The notes under the pieces are model-generated. The model saw nothing but the letters and a program-made list of their open reading frames with translations, did not search any database and was not told the origin of the DNA. This document shows, piece after piece, positions 63,087 to 64,000 of a stretch of 64,000 bases of DNA. Every line of letters starts with the position of its first letter. Within the stretch, counting starts at the first letter, position 1. A program made the translations under genes and the position numbers. This DNA is from Phyllobates terribilis (lineage: Eukaryota): positions 303,242,001 to 303,306,000 of the forward strand of contig NW_027362772.1 of NCBI RefSeq assembly GCF_046119375.1, read 5' to 3'.

Positions 63087-63385
63087 TAGCACTCGGCCCC
63101 CCGCTCTGTAATGTTACCGGGTCTCCACTTTTTGCGGTTCTTCCACTTCTCAATAATATCACTCACAGATGATGGGGAAGATTCAGGAGGAAGAAATGTC
63201 ATGAACGGACTTGTTACTCCGGTGGCTCCTATTACAGTACCGTGCTGGTATCAGTGAGCTCTGCACCACCGGCCGCTCTGTCACATGTTAGTAAAAGGCA
63301 GACGGTATGTGGGGGGCCGAAGGTTATACTGTTATACACCTGGGGGGCGATGGGGCCATATTTTCTGGGGTAGTGCATTTAAAGG
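63087..63385 (-). mobile_element. Old Tc1 remnant, right part (continuation of 52160-52767)
   Basis: The sequence resumes after the CTCCA TSD and resembles the 5' part of a Tc1 element on the minus strand. Recognised by eye; no alignment was run. Confidence 0.55.
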
Positions 63386-63475
63386 AAATGATGCAGCATA
63401 AGAGTTGGAAAGTTCACATTACAACATGGTAGCCAAAAGCTCGCTGTATACTACCCCCACCTCATCCAATATATA

Positions 63476-64000
63476 CAGTGGGGAAAATAAGTATTTGATA
63501 CTCTGCCGATTTTGCAAGTTTTCCCACCTGCAAAGAATGGAGAGGTCTGTAATTTTTATCGTAGGTCACTTCACCTGGGAAAGACACAATTTTAAAAAAA
63601 ATCCAGAAAATCACATTGTATGATTTTTACATATTTCATGCAATAAAATGCTAATTCATTAAGTATTTGATACAATAGAAAAACAGAACTTAATATTTGG
63701 TCCAGAAACCTTTGTTTGCAATTACAGAGGTCAGATGTTTCCTGTAGTTCTTGACCAGGTTTGCACACACTTCAGCAGGGATTTTGGCCCCCTCCTCCAT
63801 ACAGATCTTCTCCAGATCTTTCAGGTTTTGGGGCTGTCACTGGGCAACATTGAGTTTCAGCTCCCTCCAAAGATTTTCTATTGGGTTCAGGGCTGGAGAC
63901 TGGCTAGGCCACTCCAGGACCTTGAAATGCTTCTTACGGAACCGCTCCTTAGTTGCCCTGGCTGTGTGTTTCGGATCATTGTCATGCTGGAAGACCCAGC
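63476..64000 (-). mobile_element. Tc1 (DD34E) transposon, 3' end; continues beyond the window
   Basis: TA+CAGTGGGGAAAATAAGTATTTGAT terminus; minus strand reads [14 protein letters not shown]...[16 protein letters not shown]2-E spacing 34. Confidence 0.88.

Overview
Vertebrate genomic DNA; the repeat content suggests a frog (inference). Two complete host genes lie on the + strand. LZIC has 6 coding exons (3139-7349, 190 aa). Its paralogue CTNNBIP1/ICAT has a CpG-island promoter near 30 kb and 3 coding exons (37741-45500, 81 aa). A promoter at about 1.45-1.62 kb looks bidirectional; by known synteny its divergent partner would be NMNAT1, but no NMNAT1 coding sequence was recognised in the window. 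The rest is mostly mobile DNA. There are three LTR-to-LTR Ty3/gypsy chromoviruses with target-site duplications (TSDs): A (9180-14185, intact 1355-aa ORF), B (16036-21749, decayed) and C (52768-63081). There are also a solo LTR, a full-length CR1 LINE nested in C, five Tc1-type elements (one with DD37E spacing), several MITEs and many minisatellites. The main observation is that none of the three LTR elements has a tRNA primer-binding site. In each, the 9-10 nt after the 5' LTR are complementary to the sequence starting exactly 30 nt after the LTR TATA box, with compensatory changes between families, as expected for Tf1/sushi-type self-priming. Other notable points: a 71-bp satellite built from the end of a Tc1 transposase, a Tc1>gypsy>CR1 nest, matching exon structure between ICAT and the last three LZIC exons, and a tandem array of CTCF-like motifs in an LZIC intron. 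All coordinates were read by eye and no database searches were run.
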